Source: Candidatus Methanophagaceae archaeon
Lineage (GTDB): Archaea; Halobacteriota; Syntropharchaeia; Alkanophagales; Methanospirareceae
NCBI GenBank assembly: GCA_003194435.1
Contig: PQXC01000005.1
Location: forward strand, 30,110-94,109
Direction: 5' to 3'
DNA: 64,000 bases
Part shown: positions 45,896-56,100 of the stretch, one piece after another
How positions within the stretch are numbered: position 1 is the first letter of the stretch
Layout of the letters: the number at the start of each line of letters is the position of its first letter
Notes under the pieces: generated by a model
The model's input: the letters and a program-made list of their open reading frames with translations, nothing else
Told to the model about the DNA's origin: nothing
The model's database searches: none
Translations under genes and position numbers: made by a program

Positions 45896-47665
45896 TTACG
45901 AACCTGAACCTTGCTTCATCAAAGCCTCAAATTCTTCTTTCATATCTCGCATTATATCCTCATATTTAGCTCTGAACTCCTCGTTCTTTATATACTTCAT
46001 CCTCGCTATTGCATCCTTTATTCGCATCAATTCCACTTTCTCCATGGCTATACCACGCTCTATCGCTTCCTTCGCATTGTCATACCACTGCAGAATCACC
46101 TTCGCCATCAAATACTGCTTCTCCAATGTGCAGTAAGAATCAACTTCATGATATGCGTTCTGTTGCAGGAAATCTTCCCTTATCATTCGTGCCACTTCCA
46201 GGGTACACCTCTCGCGTGGCGGTAGCGCATCGGCACCGACAAGCTGCACTATCTCCTGTAATTCCGCCTCCTTCTGCAATAGACTCATCATCTCCTCACG
46301 CTGCTCCATGAAGTCAGGAGCTCCGAATTTCGTGAACCAATCGCGGAGATACCCGATATAAAGTGAATAGCTGCGTAACCAGCTTATAGCGGGGAAATGC
46401 CGCCTATCTGCTAAGGAGGAGTCAAGTGCCCAGAAATCTCCCACCACACGCAGTGTATTCTGTGTTACAGGCTCTGAGAAATCGCCTCCAGGCGGTGATA
46501 CTGCTCCGACCACCGTAACAGACCCTATTCGGTCTTCCTGTGGTGAGCACAAAGTTCTTACGCGTCCCGCTCTTTCATAGAAATCCGACAGTCGCGCCGC
46601 CAGATACGCAGGATAGCCCTCTTCGCCCGGCATCTCCTCCAATCTGCCCGAGATCTCTCGCAACGCTTCCGCCCATCTCGATGTGGAATCCGCCTGTATC
46701 GCCACATCATAGCCCATATCACGATAATACTCCGCGATAGTGATTCCTGTATAAATAGACGCCTCCCTGGCTGCTACTGGCATATTTGAGGTGTTCGCAA
46801 TGAGTGTGGACCGCTCCATCAGTGTTTCACCTGTATGCGGATCAATGAGTTTAGGGAAATCTTCCAGCACTTCTGTCATCTCATTACCGCGTTCACCACA
46901 TCCGATATAAACAATAACCTGAGAATCAGCCCAGCGTGCTAATTGATGCTGCATGACCGTCTTTCCGGTACCAAAACCGCCCGGGATAGCGCCCGTGCCA
47001 CCTTTCGCTATCGGGAAGAAGGTATCATTGATACGCTGCCCTGTGAGTAATGGTACATCAGGGTCCAGTTTCTCCTTATACGGACGCCCCTTTCTCACAG
47101 GCCAGCTCTGCATCATCTTCAATTCCACCTCGCCTGTATCCGTCTCCACACGCCCTATACATTCGGCGACCGTGAATTCGCCCTCTTTAAGCTCTATAAG
47201 CTTACCCTTCACACCTGGTGGTACCATAATCCTGTGCTCTATCACCTTCGTCTCCTGAACAGTACCAAGAATATCACCACCTTCTATCTCGCGTCCTTCC
47301 TCCGCTTTTGCTGTGAATTTCCATCTCTTAGCACGGTCAAGTGCCTCTACATACACTCCCCTCTTTATATAATCACCCACCTTCGCCTTTATGGCTTCCA
47401 GAGGTCTCTGCACACCGTCATAAAAGTTCTTTAAAAGCCCGGGTCCGAGCTCGACAGATAGAGGCGAACCTGTTTTTATCACCGGTTCCCCGGGCTTCAA
47501 GCCCGCTGTATCCTCATACACCTGAATATACGCAAGGTCTCCATCCAGCCTTATCGTCTCGCCCAGCAAACCCTCTTCTCCTACCTTTATCACTTCGTAC
47601 ATCTCACAGCCACGCATATCATCGGCAACAACCAGAGGACCCGCAATCTTCATTATCTCTCCCAT
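45896..47665 (-). CDS. atpA: A1Ao (V-type) ATP synthase catalytic subunit A
   Basis: 589 aa. The P-loop is 'GGFGTGKTV'. Also shows '[13 protein letters not shown]' and '[17 protein letters not shown]'. No intein is present. Confidence 0.95.
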   Translation of the reverse strand: MGEIMKIAGPLVVADDMRGCEMYEVIKVGEEGLLGETIRLDGDLAYIQVYEDTAGLKPGEPVIKTGSPLSVELGPGLLKNFYDGVQRPLEAIKAKVGDYIKRGVYVEALDRAKRWKFTAKAEEGREIEGGDILGTVQETKVIEHRIMVPPGVKGKLIELKEGEFTVAECIGRVETDTGEVELKMMQSWPVRKGRPYKEKLDPDVPLLTGQRINDTFFPIAKGGTGAIPGGFGTGKTVMQHQLARWADSQVIVYIGCGERGNEMTEVLEDFPKLIDPHTGETLMERSTLIANTSNMPVAAREASIYTGITIAEYYRDMGYDVAIQADSTSRWAEALREISGRLEEMPGEEGYPAYLAARLSDFYERAGRVRTLCSPQEDRIGSVTVVGAVSPPGGDFSEPVTQNTLRVVGDFWALDSSLADRRHFPAISWLRSYSLYIGYLRDWFTKFGAPDFMEQREEMMSLLQKEAELQEIVQLVGADALPPRERCTLEVARMIREDFLQQNAYHEVDSYCTLEKQYLMAKVILQWYDNAKEAIERGIAMEKVELMRIKDAIARMKYIKNEEFRAKYEDIMRDMKEEFEALMKQGSGS

Positions 47666-47707
47666 CTCTTCTCCACTCCTTCTTCTCCTATTCCTATAAT
47701 ATCCTAT

Positions 47708-48502
47708 CTATAATACAATTGAAGAACTGAGTGATTTAATAATCCTATCTTTTATTTCTTTTATTTGCTCTATTGCCGCTCCACCTTTATCTACCGGCGC
47801 CTCACCTTCCATGTCCGCCTCTATCAATGCCCTATCATAGGGTATCACCCCCAGCAGAGGTATGCCCAGTTCCTTCAATCGCTCTTTTATCTCCGCCACC
47901 ATCCCTGAATCCGTAGCTTTGTTAATCACACCCGCAAACCGGTTTATACCGATGTCCTCGCCAAGTTTCTTTATTCGCCCCACTGTCTCCACCGACCTCA
48001 TCCCTGGCTCCACAACCGTCAGCATCAGGTCTACCCCGCTTGCTGTTCCACGCCCTAAATGCTCTATTCCTGCCTCCATATCCATTATAACCATGTTCTC
48101 CCTGAATATCACATGACGCAGCAAAGCGCGAAGAAATGCACTCTCAGGACATATACACCCGCTACCACCTCGTTCCACCGTACCCATCACCACCAGAACG
48201 ACACCATCAGGTCCAATAGCTCCATATCTATCTATTATGTCATCCACCTTTGGATTCAGCTTGTAGACACCATAGCCCGAATATGCATCTGTTCGTTCAT
48301 AGATCAGGTCTTTGAGGTCAGATACAGGGGCAGGATTCGTCTTTATGCCCAATGCGAATCTTAAATTCATAGCGGGGTCTGCATCAACCGCAATAACTCT
48401 ACGCCCTTCCTTCGCTATGAGCCGGGCGAGAGTACCCGCAACTGTTGTCTTTCCCACACCGCCCTTACCGCCAACCGCTATCTTCAGCTTCTGTTCATGC
48501 AT
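47708..48502 (-). CDS. CooC-type Ni-insertion / MinD-ParA family P-loop ATPase
   Basis: The start is taken at 'MHEQKLKIAVGGKGGVGKTT' (deviant Walker A). 'GSGCICPES' is a CxC motif as in CooC. Confidence 0.7.
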   Translation of the reverse strand: MHEQKLKIAVGGKGGVGKTTVAGTLARLIAKEGRRVIAVDADPAMNLRFALGIKTNPAPVSDLKDLIYERTDAYSGYGVYKLNPKVDDIIDRYGAIGPDGVVLVVMGTVERGGSGCICPESAFLRALLRHVIFRENMVIMDMEAGIEHLGRGTASGVDLMLTVVEPGMRSVETVGRIKKLGEDIGINRFAGVINKATDSGMVAEIKERLKELGIPLLGVIPYDRALIEADMEGEAPVDKGGAAIEQIKEIKDRIIKSLSSSIVL

Positions 48503-48556
48503 GTTCGCTTTCCTTACGTTATCAATTATCATATATAATGGAATAATGGAGAAATA

Positions 48557-49393
48557 ATGGTAATAGAGAAACTTGAAGTGTTGCGTGAGCGAATATCAGA
48601 GCGAGGTAATTTAATTGTTGCTTTCTCTGGCGGTGTAGACAGTGGTCTGCTGCTCGCAGTCGCCCATGAAGTGCTGGCTGATAACGTTCTCGCTGTGACA
48701 ATAGCCACAGAACTCGTCCCTGATAGGGATTTGAAGTCAATAAAAAAAATACTCGCTTACTTTAACATACGACATAAGATTGTGCATCTCTCGCTACTTA
48801 GCGATGAAGAATTCGTAGCGAATACTCGTGACAGGTGTTACTACTGTAAGAGACGTTTTAGTCAGTTATTAAAGCAGATAGCAGCCGATGAGGGAATAGC
48901 AACAGTTGCAGAAGGTGTTACTGCCTCTGATTACTACGAATACAGATACAGGCACAGACCAGGCATAGCAGCATCCCGGGAATCCGGGCTATGGCATCCC
49001 CTCGCGGAAGTAGGCATAACAAAGTCCGAAGTGAGAGCAATAGCGAAGGAGATAGGGCTTCCGTTCTGGAATAAACCCTCAAATGCGTGCTTAGCGACAA
49101 GGATAGCTTATGGCGAGAGGATAACGAGTGATAAACTGGAGATGATAGAGAATGCGGAGAATATCCTCTTAGATGCTGGCTTCTCTCAGCTCAGGGTTCG
49201 GCTGCACTGCGATGGGATAGCAAGGATAGAGCTGGCGAGGGATGAACTTACGCGCTTCTTCAATTTAAAACGGCTTAATCAGCTTGAACATCTCAGCACG
49301 GAACTGAAGAAGCTCGGATTCCGCTACATCACCATAGACCTTGAGGGATACCGAAGTGGAAGTATGGATGATACTGATACTGATACAGGATGA
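48557..49393 (+). CDS. LarE-like PP-loop ATP pyrophosphatase (TIGR00268 family)
   Basis: 278 aa. The PP-loop is 'VAFSGGVDSGLL'. Also shows 'CYYCKR', '...ACLATRIAYGERIT' and 'RVRLHCDGIARIEL'. Confidence 0.7.
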   Translation: MVIEKLEVLRERISERGNLIVAFSGGVDSGLLLAVAHEVLADNVLAVTIATELVPDRDLKSIKKILAYFNIRHKIVHLSLLSDEEFVANTRDRCYYCKRRFSQLLKQIAADEGIATVAEGVTASDYYEYRYRHRPGIAASRESGLWHPLAEVGITKSEVRAIAKEIGLPFWNKPSNACLATRIAYGERITSDKLEMIENAENILLDAGFSQLRVRLHCDGIARIELARDELTRFFNLKRLNQLEHLSTELKKLGFRYITIDLEGYRSGSMDDTDTDTG

Positions 49394-49429
49394 TTATTAT
49401 ATTAGAAAACCAATCATGAAGATGAAGAT

Positions 49430-50035
49430 ATGGAGATTATGAGAGAGATGGGAGAAGAATACACGTTACGTGAATATATTTATTCGCTCAGGTTCTATAT
49501 CTTATTCATCGTCGTCTTTTTCATCTCTTCCGCTATCATTGGATATCTCGGCTTCCTCAATGAGTTATTTAGTGCGGCTCTCCAATATATACAGCAACTG
49601 AGTGAGAACGTGAAGGGCTTCTCAGATTCATATCCCCTATGGGTATCATTCCTCCTGTTCTTCTTCGTTATATTCCTGAATAACGCCTTTACATGCTTCA
49701 TTGATATCCTCTCTGGACCTTTAGCAGGTATAGTCCCGCTATTCTCCGCGTTCGTCAACGGTGGGATTGTTGGCTGGTTTGTACAGCAGGAAGGGGGAAT
49801 TGTTCTCATTGCGATCATACCGCATGGGGTATTTGAGATACCAGCTTTCTTGATTTCTGCTGCTATTGGCTTGAGACTGGGCAGGGAGGTCTTCCGAAGT
49901 AGAGATGAGCGGGATTTGGGAGGCGAGCTGAAAAGAGGCTTGTGGGTATTTCTCACACTTGTATTACCGCTTCTTGTCATTGCCGCTATTATTGAATCAG
50001 CACTGATCACATTGCTACCACTGGTTGTTAAATGA
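49430..50035 (+). CDS. SpoIIM-like (DUF95) membrane protein
   Basis: 201 aa with 5-6 TM segments. Shows 'IIPHGVFEIPAFLISAAIGLRLG'. Confidence 0.55.
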   Translation: MEIMREMGEEYTLREYIYSLRFYILFIVVFFISSAIIGYLGFLNELFSAALQYIQQLSENVKGFSDSYPLWVSFLLFFFVIFLNNAFTCFIDILSGPLAGIVPLFSAFVNGGIVGWFVQQEGGIVLIAIIPHGVFEIPAFLISAAIGLRLGREVFRSRDERDLGGELKRGLWVFLTLVLPLLVIAAIIESALITLLPLVVK

Positions 50036-50056
50036 AGGCTGAGCGGGGCATGATTC

Positions 50057-50704
50057 ATGAGAGTTCAGGATGGTGTGTACTGGTACAGGGAGAAAGGACC
50101 GTTCGACGCGAACACATACGTGATAAAGGATGAACTCACACTCCTGATAGACCCCGGGCTGAAGGATTATCTCAAACTGCGAATCGAAGAGATGGCTAAC
50201 GACGGAGTGACCAAAGTTGACATCATAACGGTAACGCATCTCCATCCGGACCATTACGATGCAATAGAGGCATTGAAAGAAGCTTATAACGCCAGGGTGG
50301 CATTGCATTCCTCGCAATTAGAATATCTCGGTGTCATGATAGAAGAGGTATCGCGATTATTCTCTATGCCACACAGGCTTGATTTCAAGGTTGATATGGA
50401 GATAAAGGATGTGTTGAGATTAGGGAAGCGGGAATTGAAGATAATACATACTCCCGGGCATTCACCGGAGAGTATATGCTTTTACTCGCCCACTGATATG
50501 TTCCTGATATCGGGTGACCTGGTGTTTGAGCATAGTGTGGGGAGGACAGACCTGCCTTTTGGTAATAACCAAGCGCTGAGAGAATCCATTCATCAGATAG
50601 CTCTATTGGAGACTGAGCTCCTGCTACCTGGTCATGGTCGCATAATAAAAGGGCGAGCTAATATAAAGCGTAACTATGAGTTCATAAAGGAGTTCTATCT
50701 GTAA
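50057..50704 (+). CDS. MBL-fold metallo-hydrolase
   Basis: 215 aa. Shows 'VTHLHPDHYDA', 'HTPGHSPES' and 'GDLVF...GRTD'. Confidence 0.8.
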   Translation: MRVQDGVYWYREKGPFDANTYVIKDELTLLIDPGLKDYLKLRIEEMANDGVTKVDIITVTHLHPDHYDAIEALKEAYNARVALHSSQLEYLGVMIEEVSRLFSMPHRLDFKVDMEIKDVLRLGKRELKIIHTPGHSPESICFYSPTDMFLISGDLVFEHSVGRTDLPFGNNQALRESIHQIALLETELLLPGHGRIIKGRANIKRNYEFIKEFYL

Positions 50705-50716
50705 TTTTTTAATTTT

Positions 50717-51976
50717 TTAGTTCAGGTCCCCAGGGTCTGTTATTCGCCCGGTGATAGCAGAAGCGGCTACTACTGCGGGATTCGCAAGATATACCTCAGA
50801 ATCCTTATGCCCCATCCGCCCTATGAAGTTTCGGTTCGTTGTGCTTATGCAGCGCTCGCCCTTTGCGAGTACACCCAGATAGCCACCCAGGCATGCACCG
50901 CAGGTAGCGCTACAGACAAATGCACCAGCATCCACGAATATACTTATTAAACCCTCTTCAAGCGCCTGCTTCAGCACCTTCTCACTCGCGGGCACCACAA
51001 TCATCCGCACATCGGGACTCACCTTCTTGCCCTTCAATATCGCAGCAGCAGCTCTTAAATCCTCTATCCTGCCGTTTGTACAAGAACCTAAGTACGCCTG
51101 GTCAATAGGAACGTCCAGTTCGCTCGCAGGTACAGTATTAGCAGGTGAGAATGGCTTTGCAACTGTAGGGGGTATCTCCGATGCATCATACTCAAATATA
51201 GCTTCATATTCGCTATCGCTGTCGCTACCCTCGTCCGCATACACAGGTCTATAATCACCTCTCACTCGGTTACGCAGGAATCTGAATACCTTCTCATCGG
51301 GTGGTATGATTCCCGCTTTGGCACCCGCTTCTACTGCCATATTCGCAATTGTTATCCTGTCAGACAGGCTTAAATGAGTTATTGTAGAGCCATAGAACTC
51401 CATTGACCTGTATAGTGACCCTGAAACGCCTATATCGCCTATGATATGCAGGATTATATCCTTGCCCATTACGTATTCCCTGAGATTGCCATCAATAACA
51501 AACTTCTGTGTTGCCGGCACTTTGAACCATAATCTGCCGGTAGCCATTGCCGCACCCGCCTCCGTTGAGCCCACACCAGTAGAGAAAGCGCCGAGGGCGC
51601 CATAAGAGCATGTATGGGAATCCGCACCTATTATCAACCTGCCGGGAGCCACAAAACCCTCCTCTATCATTACCTGATGGCATATCCCCCCTTTACCTAT
51701 CTCGTAATAGTTCGTAATATTGTATCTACGGGCATAATTCCGCAACGCCTTCGCCTGCTCCGCTGAGGCTATATCCTTGTTTGGCACATAATGGTCCTGT
51801 ACAATAACCACTTTATCCCTCTTCGGCTCTCCCGCATTCTCGTTCACACTCTCAAGTTCTTCAAGGACCTCAAATGCGGGCACACCTGTTATATCATTAA
51901 CCATTATGTAATCAACCTCGCGTTCCACTATCTCGCCCGCTTCACCACCAAGTATCTTCTCCGCTATCGTAGCCAT
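50717..51976 (-). CDS. 3-isopropylmalate / homoaconitate dehydratase large subunit
   Basis: 419 aa aconitase-family protein. Shows 'DHYVPN', 'GADSHTCSYGALGAF' and 'GSCTNGRIEDL', with cluster Cys residues. No small subunit is adjacent. Confidence 0.85.
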   Translation of the reverse strand: MATIAEKILGGEAGEIVEREVDYIMVNDITGVPAFEVLEELESVNENAGEPKRDKVVIVQDHYVPNKDIASAEQAKALRNYARRYNITNYYEIGKGGICHQVMIEEGFVAPGRLIIGADSHTCSYGALGAFSTGVGSTEAGAAMATGRLWFKVPATQKFVIDGNLREYVMGKDIILHIIGDIGVSGSLYRSMEFYGSTITHLSLSDRITIANMAVEAGAKAGIIPPDEKVFRFLRNRVRGDYRPVYADEGSDSDSEYEAIFEYDASEIPPTVAKPFSPANTVPASELDVPIDQAYLGSCTNGRIEDLRAAAAILKGKKVSPDVRMIVVPASEKVLKQALEEGLISIFVDAGAFVCSATCGACLGGYLGVLAKGERCISTTNRNFIGRMGHKDSEVYLANPAVVAASAITGRITDPGDLN

Positions 51977-51995
51977 TTATATCCCCCTATAACTT

Positions 51996-52256
51996 CTATC
52001 CTTCTATCCTTCTCACAAACTCCTCCACAACCTCCAGTGGTAATTCAACCTCGCTATATGGTGCGCTGTTTAGCGCGACCCATGAGTTCAAAGCAGTGCA
52101 TATCGCCAATATCCTGTCAGCATCGAGTGTCTCGCCAATTATAAACTCGATTACAGACTCCATATTCGATATCCTGATCTCATACATAGCTTCTATCACA
52201 CTTAAAAGCTCTTTTATATGCATACGCGCCTTCGATTCCTCTTCTTCCATTGCCAT
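51996..52256 (-). CDS. Hypothetical small acidic protein upstream of the dehydratase gene
   Basis: 86-aa ORF, 19 nt upstream of and co-oriented with 50717..51976. No motif is recognised. Confidence 0.35.
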   Translation of the reverse strand: MAMEEEESKARMHIKELLSVIEAMYEIRISNMESVIEFIIGETLDADRILAICTALNSWVALNSAPYSEVELPLEVVEEFVRRIEG

Positions 52257-52364
52257 CTATATAAGACAGGAAAAAATAAATAATCCCATAGTATAAAAAG
52301 AATGTATCTTCATGGAGTGATGGAAAATTTTATCATCACTGACCGATTATAATTAAGATGTGCT

Positions 52365-53051
52365 ATGAATGAACGGATATATATACTATATCACGGATCG
52401 TTTGGTGAGTTGGTAACCGAGCACCTGGCTACAAGCGAATTCGCAGACCGGATTGTCGGGTTCTATGACCTCAAAGTCGCATCTGTATCACTTGACGAGC
52501 CAGAGCGAGATATGCCCGATGATATACCACTGCCAGAATGTGACCTGCTACTTGTGCTTGGGATACTGCCCAAAGCCGGTGACCTCGTGCCTATTATTGC
52601 AGCTAAGACGTGTGCGAAGGCGGTTCTGTGGCCCATTGAGGACCCGAACCTGATACCCGAGGGTAGATATTCAATAGAGGAGGAACTGAAGAATATGGGT
52701 GTACATGTGGAATTTCCGGAACCGTTCTGCGCACTGGAGCGAAGCGATGATGGGCTGGTGAATTCTTTCGCCTCCGCATTTGGTAAACCCAGGTTTGAAT
52801 TGAAAGTTAACGAGAAGAAGAAGATAATCGAGGTGGCAAAAGTCATCAGGGACACACCTTGTGGCTCAGCATCAAAAATCGCTCCGAGACTCGCTGGACT
52901 CGCATACAACGATTTGAAGTCATTTGAGGAGCAAGTCGGGCAGATGCATGATAACGAGTGCGTGGCGTATATGGGTCCTGACCGACCGATAATGCAGCAG
53001 GCGGGTGAATTACTGATCAAAGCACTGAAAGATGCATTGCCCGAATCCTGA
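52365..53051 (+). CDS. DUF166-family protein (archaeal; function unknown)
   Basis: 228 aa. The pattern 'RIYILYHGSFGELV', 'VEFPEPFCALE' and 'RDTPCGSASK' resembles DUF166 members. This rests on recall only. Confidence 0.5.
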   Translation: MNERIYILYHGSFGELVTEHLATSEFADRIVGFYDLKVASVSLDEPERDMPDDIPLPECDLLLVLGILPKAGDLVPIIAAKTCAKAVLWPIEDPNLIPEGRYSIEEELKNMGVHVEFPEPFCALERSDDGLVNSFASAFGKPRFELKVNEKKKIIEVAKVIRDTPCGSASKIAPRLAGLAYNDLKSFEEQVGQMHDNECVAYMGPDRPIMQQAGELLIKALKDALPES

Positions 53052-53085
53052 ATAATGTCGTCAGGAAAAGAAAAATGAAAATAAA

Positions 53086-53109
53086 AAGGGGTTATAAAAA
53101 ATCCCCCTT
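53086..53109. terminator. Hairpin between convergent genes (possible bidirectional terminator)
   Basis: AAGGGG-ttataaaaaat-CCCCCTT, flanked by A/T runs on both sides. Confidence 0.4.
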
Positions 53110-53161
53110 CTAAATCTCTTAACTTTTGTTTTGTTCTTGTTTTTGCTCTTGCTCTTCTTCC

Positions 53162-56100
53162 CTACTTCTTCCTCCTCTGCACTACATACACGACTGCAAT
53201 CGCAATCAAGCTCGCAATTGTGAATATCGCTTCGTAACCCGGTATGGGCTTCGGTGTTGGTGTGGGTGTAGCCGGTGCAGGTGTCGGTACAGGTGTAGGT
53301 TTAAGTGTGGGTTTCGGTGTTGGTGATATAACCGGCGCTGTTGTGGGTGCTGGTGCTGCTGGCATTAACGCTTTACATGCGGCGCATTCCGGGTTGGGAT
53401 CGCACGGGTCCTTAGGATCGGTACCCTGAAGCATCTCCTCTATGTCGGTGATGCCATCTCCATCAGTGTCACGTGGTCCTCCGCCGCCACCGCCACCAGC
53501 AACTCTTGGTCGGGGTGTTGGTGTGGGATTCCCAAATGGAGCAATCTGACTGAAACTCGTTACGTTCGCATAGACATAATTCTCCTCCGTGTTGACATTG
53601 CTTCCCTGAATCACTTCCCACTCTGTTTCAGTCCGGTTCCAGTGGTATAATCTCAAGCTATTCTCTACAACGTTGGCAACATCAGCATCCTCGTAGCTCA
53701 CGTTCAAGAATATCCAAGAATTTTCGCTCACATCATATACATCCACGTATTTACCGATGTTCCTCTTCCCGACAGGATCTGAATATGGATCTGTTACAGA
53801 CGCTATTCTGATTCCATTATCGTAAGTGAACGAAATCGTAGTTGGATAGCTGCTTATCGTGAGATATTCGACAATGTTGTTGTGTGAATCTTCGTCTGAT
53901 TCGACAATGTTGCTATGTTTGTATAAATCGTCTGAGTAGAATATCATTCCAGGTAGACCATCCCATCGAGTGAGTCCACTTGATGCCGTGATGTTTGTCA
54001 GCATGTTGTTACTCGAGTTCTCCAGGTAAATGCCAGACCCGATGTTCGATGCGGTGATATTCATGAGTGTGTTATTGTTAGATTCTACCATGTAGATACC
54101 GACTAAGTTGTTCGATGAATTGATGTTCTTTATCGTACTGTTGTCGGTTCCATAGAGTTTTACGCCAACATCTGAATTCGATAAGTTGAGATTCTTCGCT
54201 GTGATATTATCGCAGTTCACGAGTATAACCTGTCCAGCATTTGTAATTGTCTGATCTGCTGCATCTTCGAGATAAGCAAGAGGCTTGCCGTTTACTGTAT
54301 TACCCTGCACGGTGTTTTCATAGGACTCATAAACAATAAGTCCATCGTTTACAAAAGTGTTGTTTGCAAGCTTAATGTGGCTCGAATCTGCAAAGATGAC
54401 GCCGACTTCATTGTCCGAGACTTCATTGTCTGTGAGCGTGTTGTTGCTCGATTCTCCTAACTGGATACCGTCCCGGTTGTTCGATACGTCGTTGTTTGTA
54501 AGTGAGTTGTTGCTCGAATCATGCAAGCCGATACCGAGTTCATTGTTCGATGCGCTGTTGTTCATGAGCGTATTATTGTTCGATTCGGCTAAGTAGATGC
54601 CACCCCAGTTATTCGATACGATGTTGTTCATGAGCGCGTTATTGCTTGAATTCATCAAGTAGATACCGAGTTCATTGTTCGATGCGCTGTTGTTCATGAG
54701 TGTATTATTGCTCGAATCCTGCAAGTCGATACCGATCTCGTTATTCGACATAGTGATGTTCATGAGTGTATTATTGTTCGATTCTTCTAAGTAGATGCCA
54801 CCCTGGTTATTCGATACGATGTTGTTCATGAGCGTGTTATTGCTCGAATCCTTCAAGACGATACCGAGTCCATTGTTCGATGCGTTGTTGTTAGAGATAT
54901 TACAAAACTCCACATCATCAAGCCATATTCCGGCATGCTCTGTTGCACCTGTAATCATGAACCCGCTTATGTTTACGTAGTCAACGGTCACATTGAATAC
55001 ATGCTCGCTTGCGTTTGCTGCCTGAACGATCGTATCCGAAGGATTCCCAGAAGTAGACCTGATTGTCAGTTGTTTGTAGACATACACATTCTCGGTGTAT
55101 ATGCCTGCGTCCATCGTAATTGTATGTCCATCTATTGTATTAACGGCATCTATTGCCGCCTGAATCGTTGAGAAGTCCTCGCCAGTATCTATATTGTGGA
55201 CTGGTGGTGTTGGCATCGTTGCGGTTAGCGTTGTCGTACCATCCGCGTATCCGGTCCTGTTTGCCGTAACGTTTAGCGTGCCCTCCATCGTCGCATTGAC
55301 CCACAGAGTTACCTGTCCTGTCGCATTCGTCAGTCCGCTCTCGTTTACTCCACAGCCGCTCACATTGACCGTTGCATTATCAACCGCTGCTCCTGCTGAT
55401 GTGACATTGAACACTACACTCGTGTTCTCGCCCACGTAAACGACCGCTGGGGTCGCTGTCACCGTCAATGCTGCTCTCTCAAGCGTAATATTGAAATTAT
55501 ACAGCCCGCCGTTATCAATCTCTTCTTGAGTTATCACATGTTCAATGTTTTTCGTTTGGTTCCCTGAAGGGCTCTTCGCATCGAACCGCAACGTATCTCC
55601 TGCCATCACATCAACAGTGCTGCTAAGCACGAGCTGATAGTAGTTAGTGCTTGCATTTCTCTCCGCAGACCAATTCTCGCCTGTGTTCACGTTCGTTATG
55701 TTCACAATCGGATAGTTGCACGCGGTGTTATTCTCGTAAAATACGTATCCGTAAACCATGAACGATGTTGGTGGCAGTACGCTATTCGGCTGACACGGTG
55801 TTCCACCGACTCTCTTGCTCTCTTCCCAGCCACCGGACGCATTCAACTCGAGTGTTTTGTTATTCGTCTTTGCCATACCTTGTAATGCATACTGTGTATA
55901 GTTTACGGTATCACTTACATTTCCTTGACTATCGTTCAGAAATATCGTCTCGCCATCGTTAAGAAGCGAAATCGCAACTTTTACCACCGGGCAAACAACT
56001 CTTGGATAGATTTTCTTGAACTTGGTATCGTTTCTTGCAATAATTAAGTAATCACCGGGTTGTATTTCTGCTTTGGGTATCGTTTTGTTATCTATTGTCC

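Noticed and set aside
53244-53429. Plus-strand ORFs encoding 'GFGVGVGVAGAGVGTGVG...' (also 56771..56956), and many other 60-170-aa ORFs antisense to atpA/atpB, the DJ-1 gene (42639..42983, 43131..43640), AglB, GT2 (31015..31617) and the surface proteins.
   Set aside because: They are mirror images of Pro/Thr-rich or otherwise biased coding sequence on the opposite strand. They have no RBS or start context or recognisable domains, and each is fully contained within a well-supported gene.
54350-54900. Regularly spaced near-identical ~66-69-nt DNA repeats. Could this be a CRISPR-like array?
   Set aside because: They lie inside a long intact ORF and encode PbH1 beta-helix repeats. There are no unique spacers.
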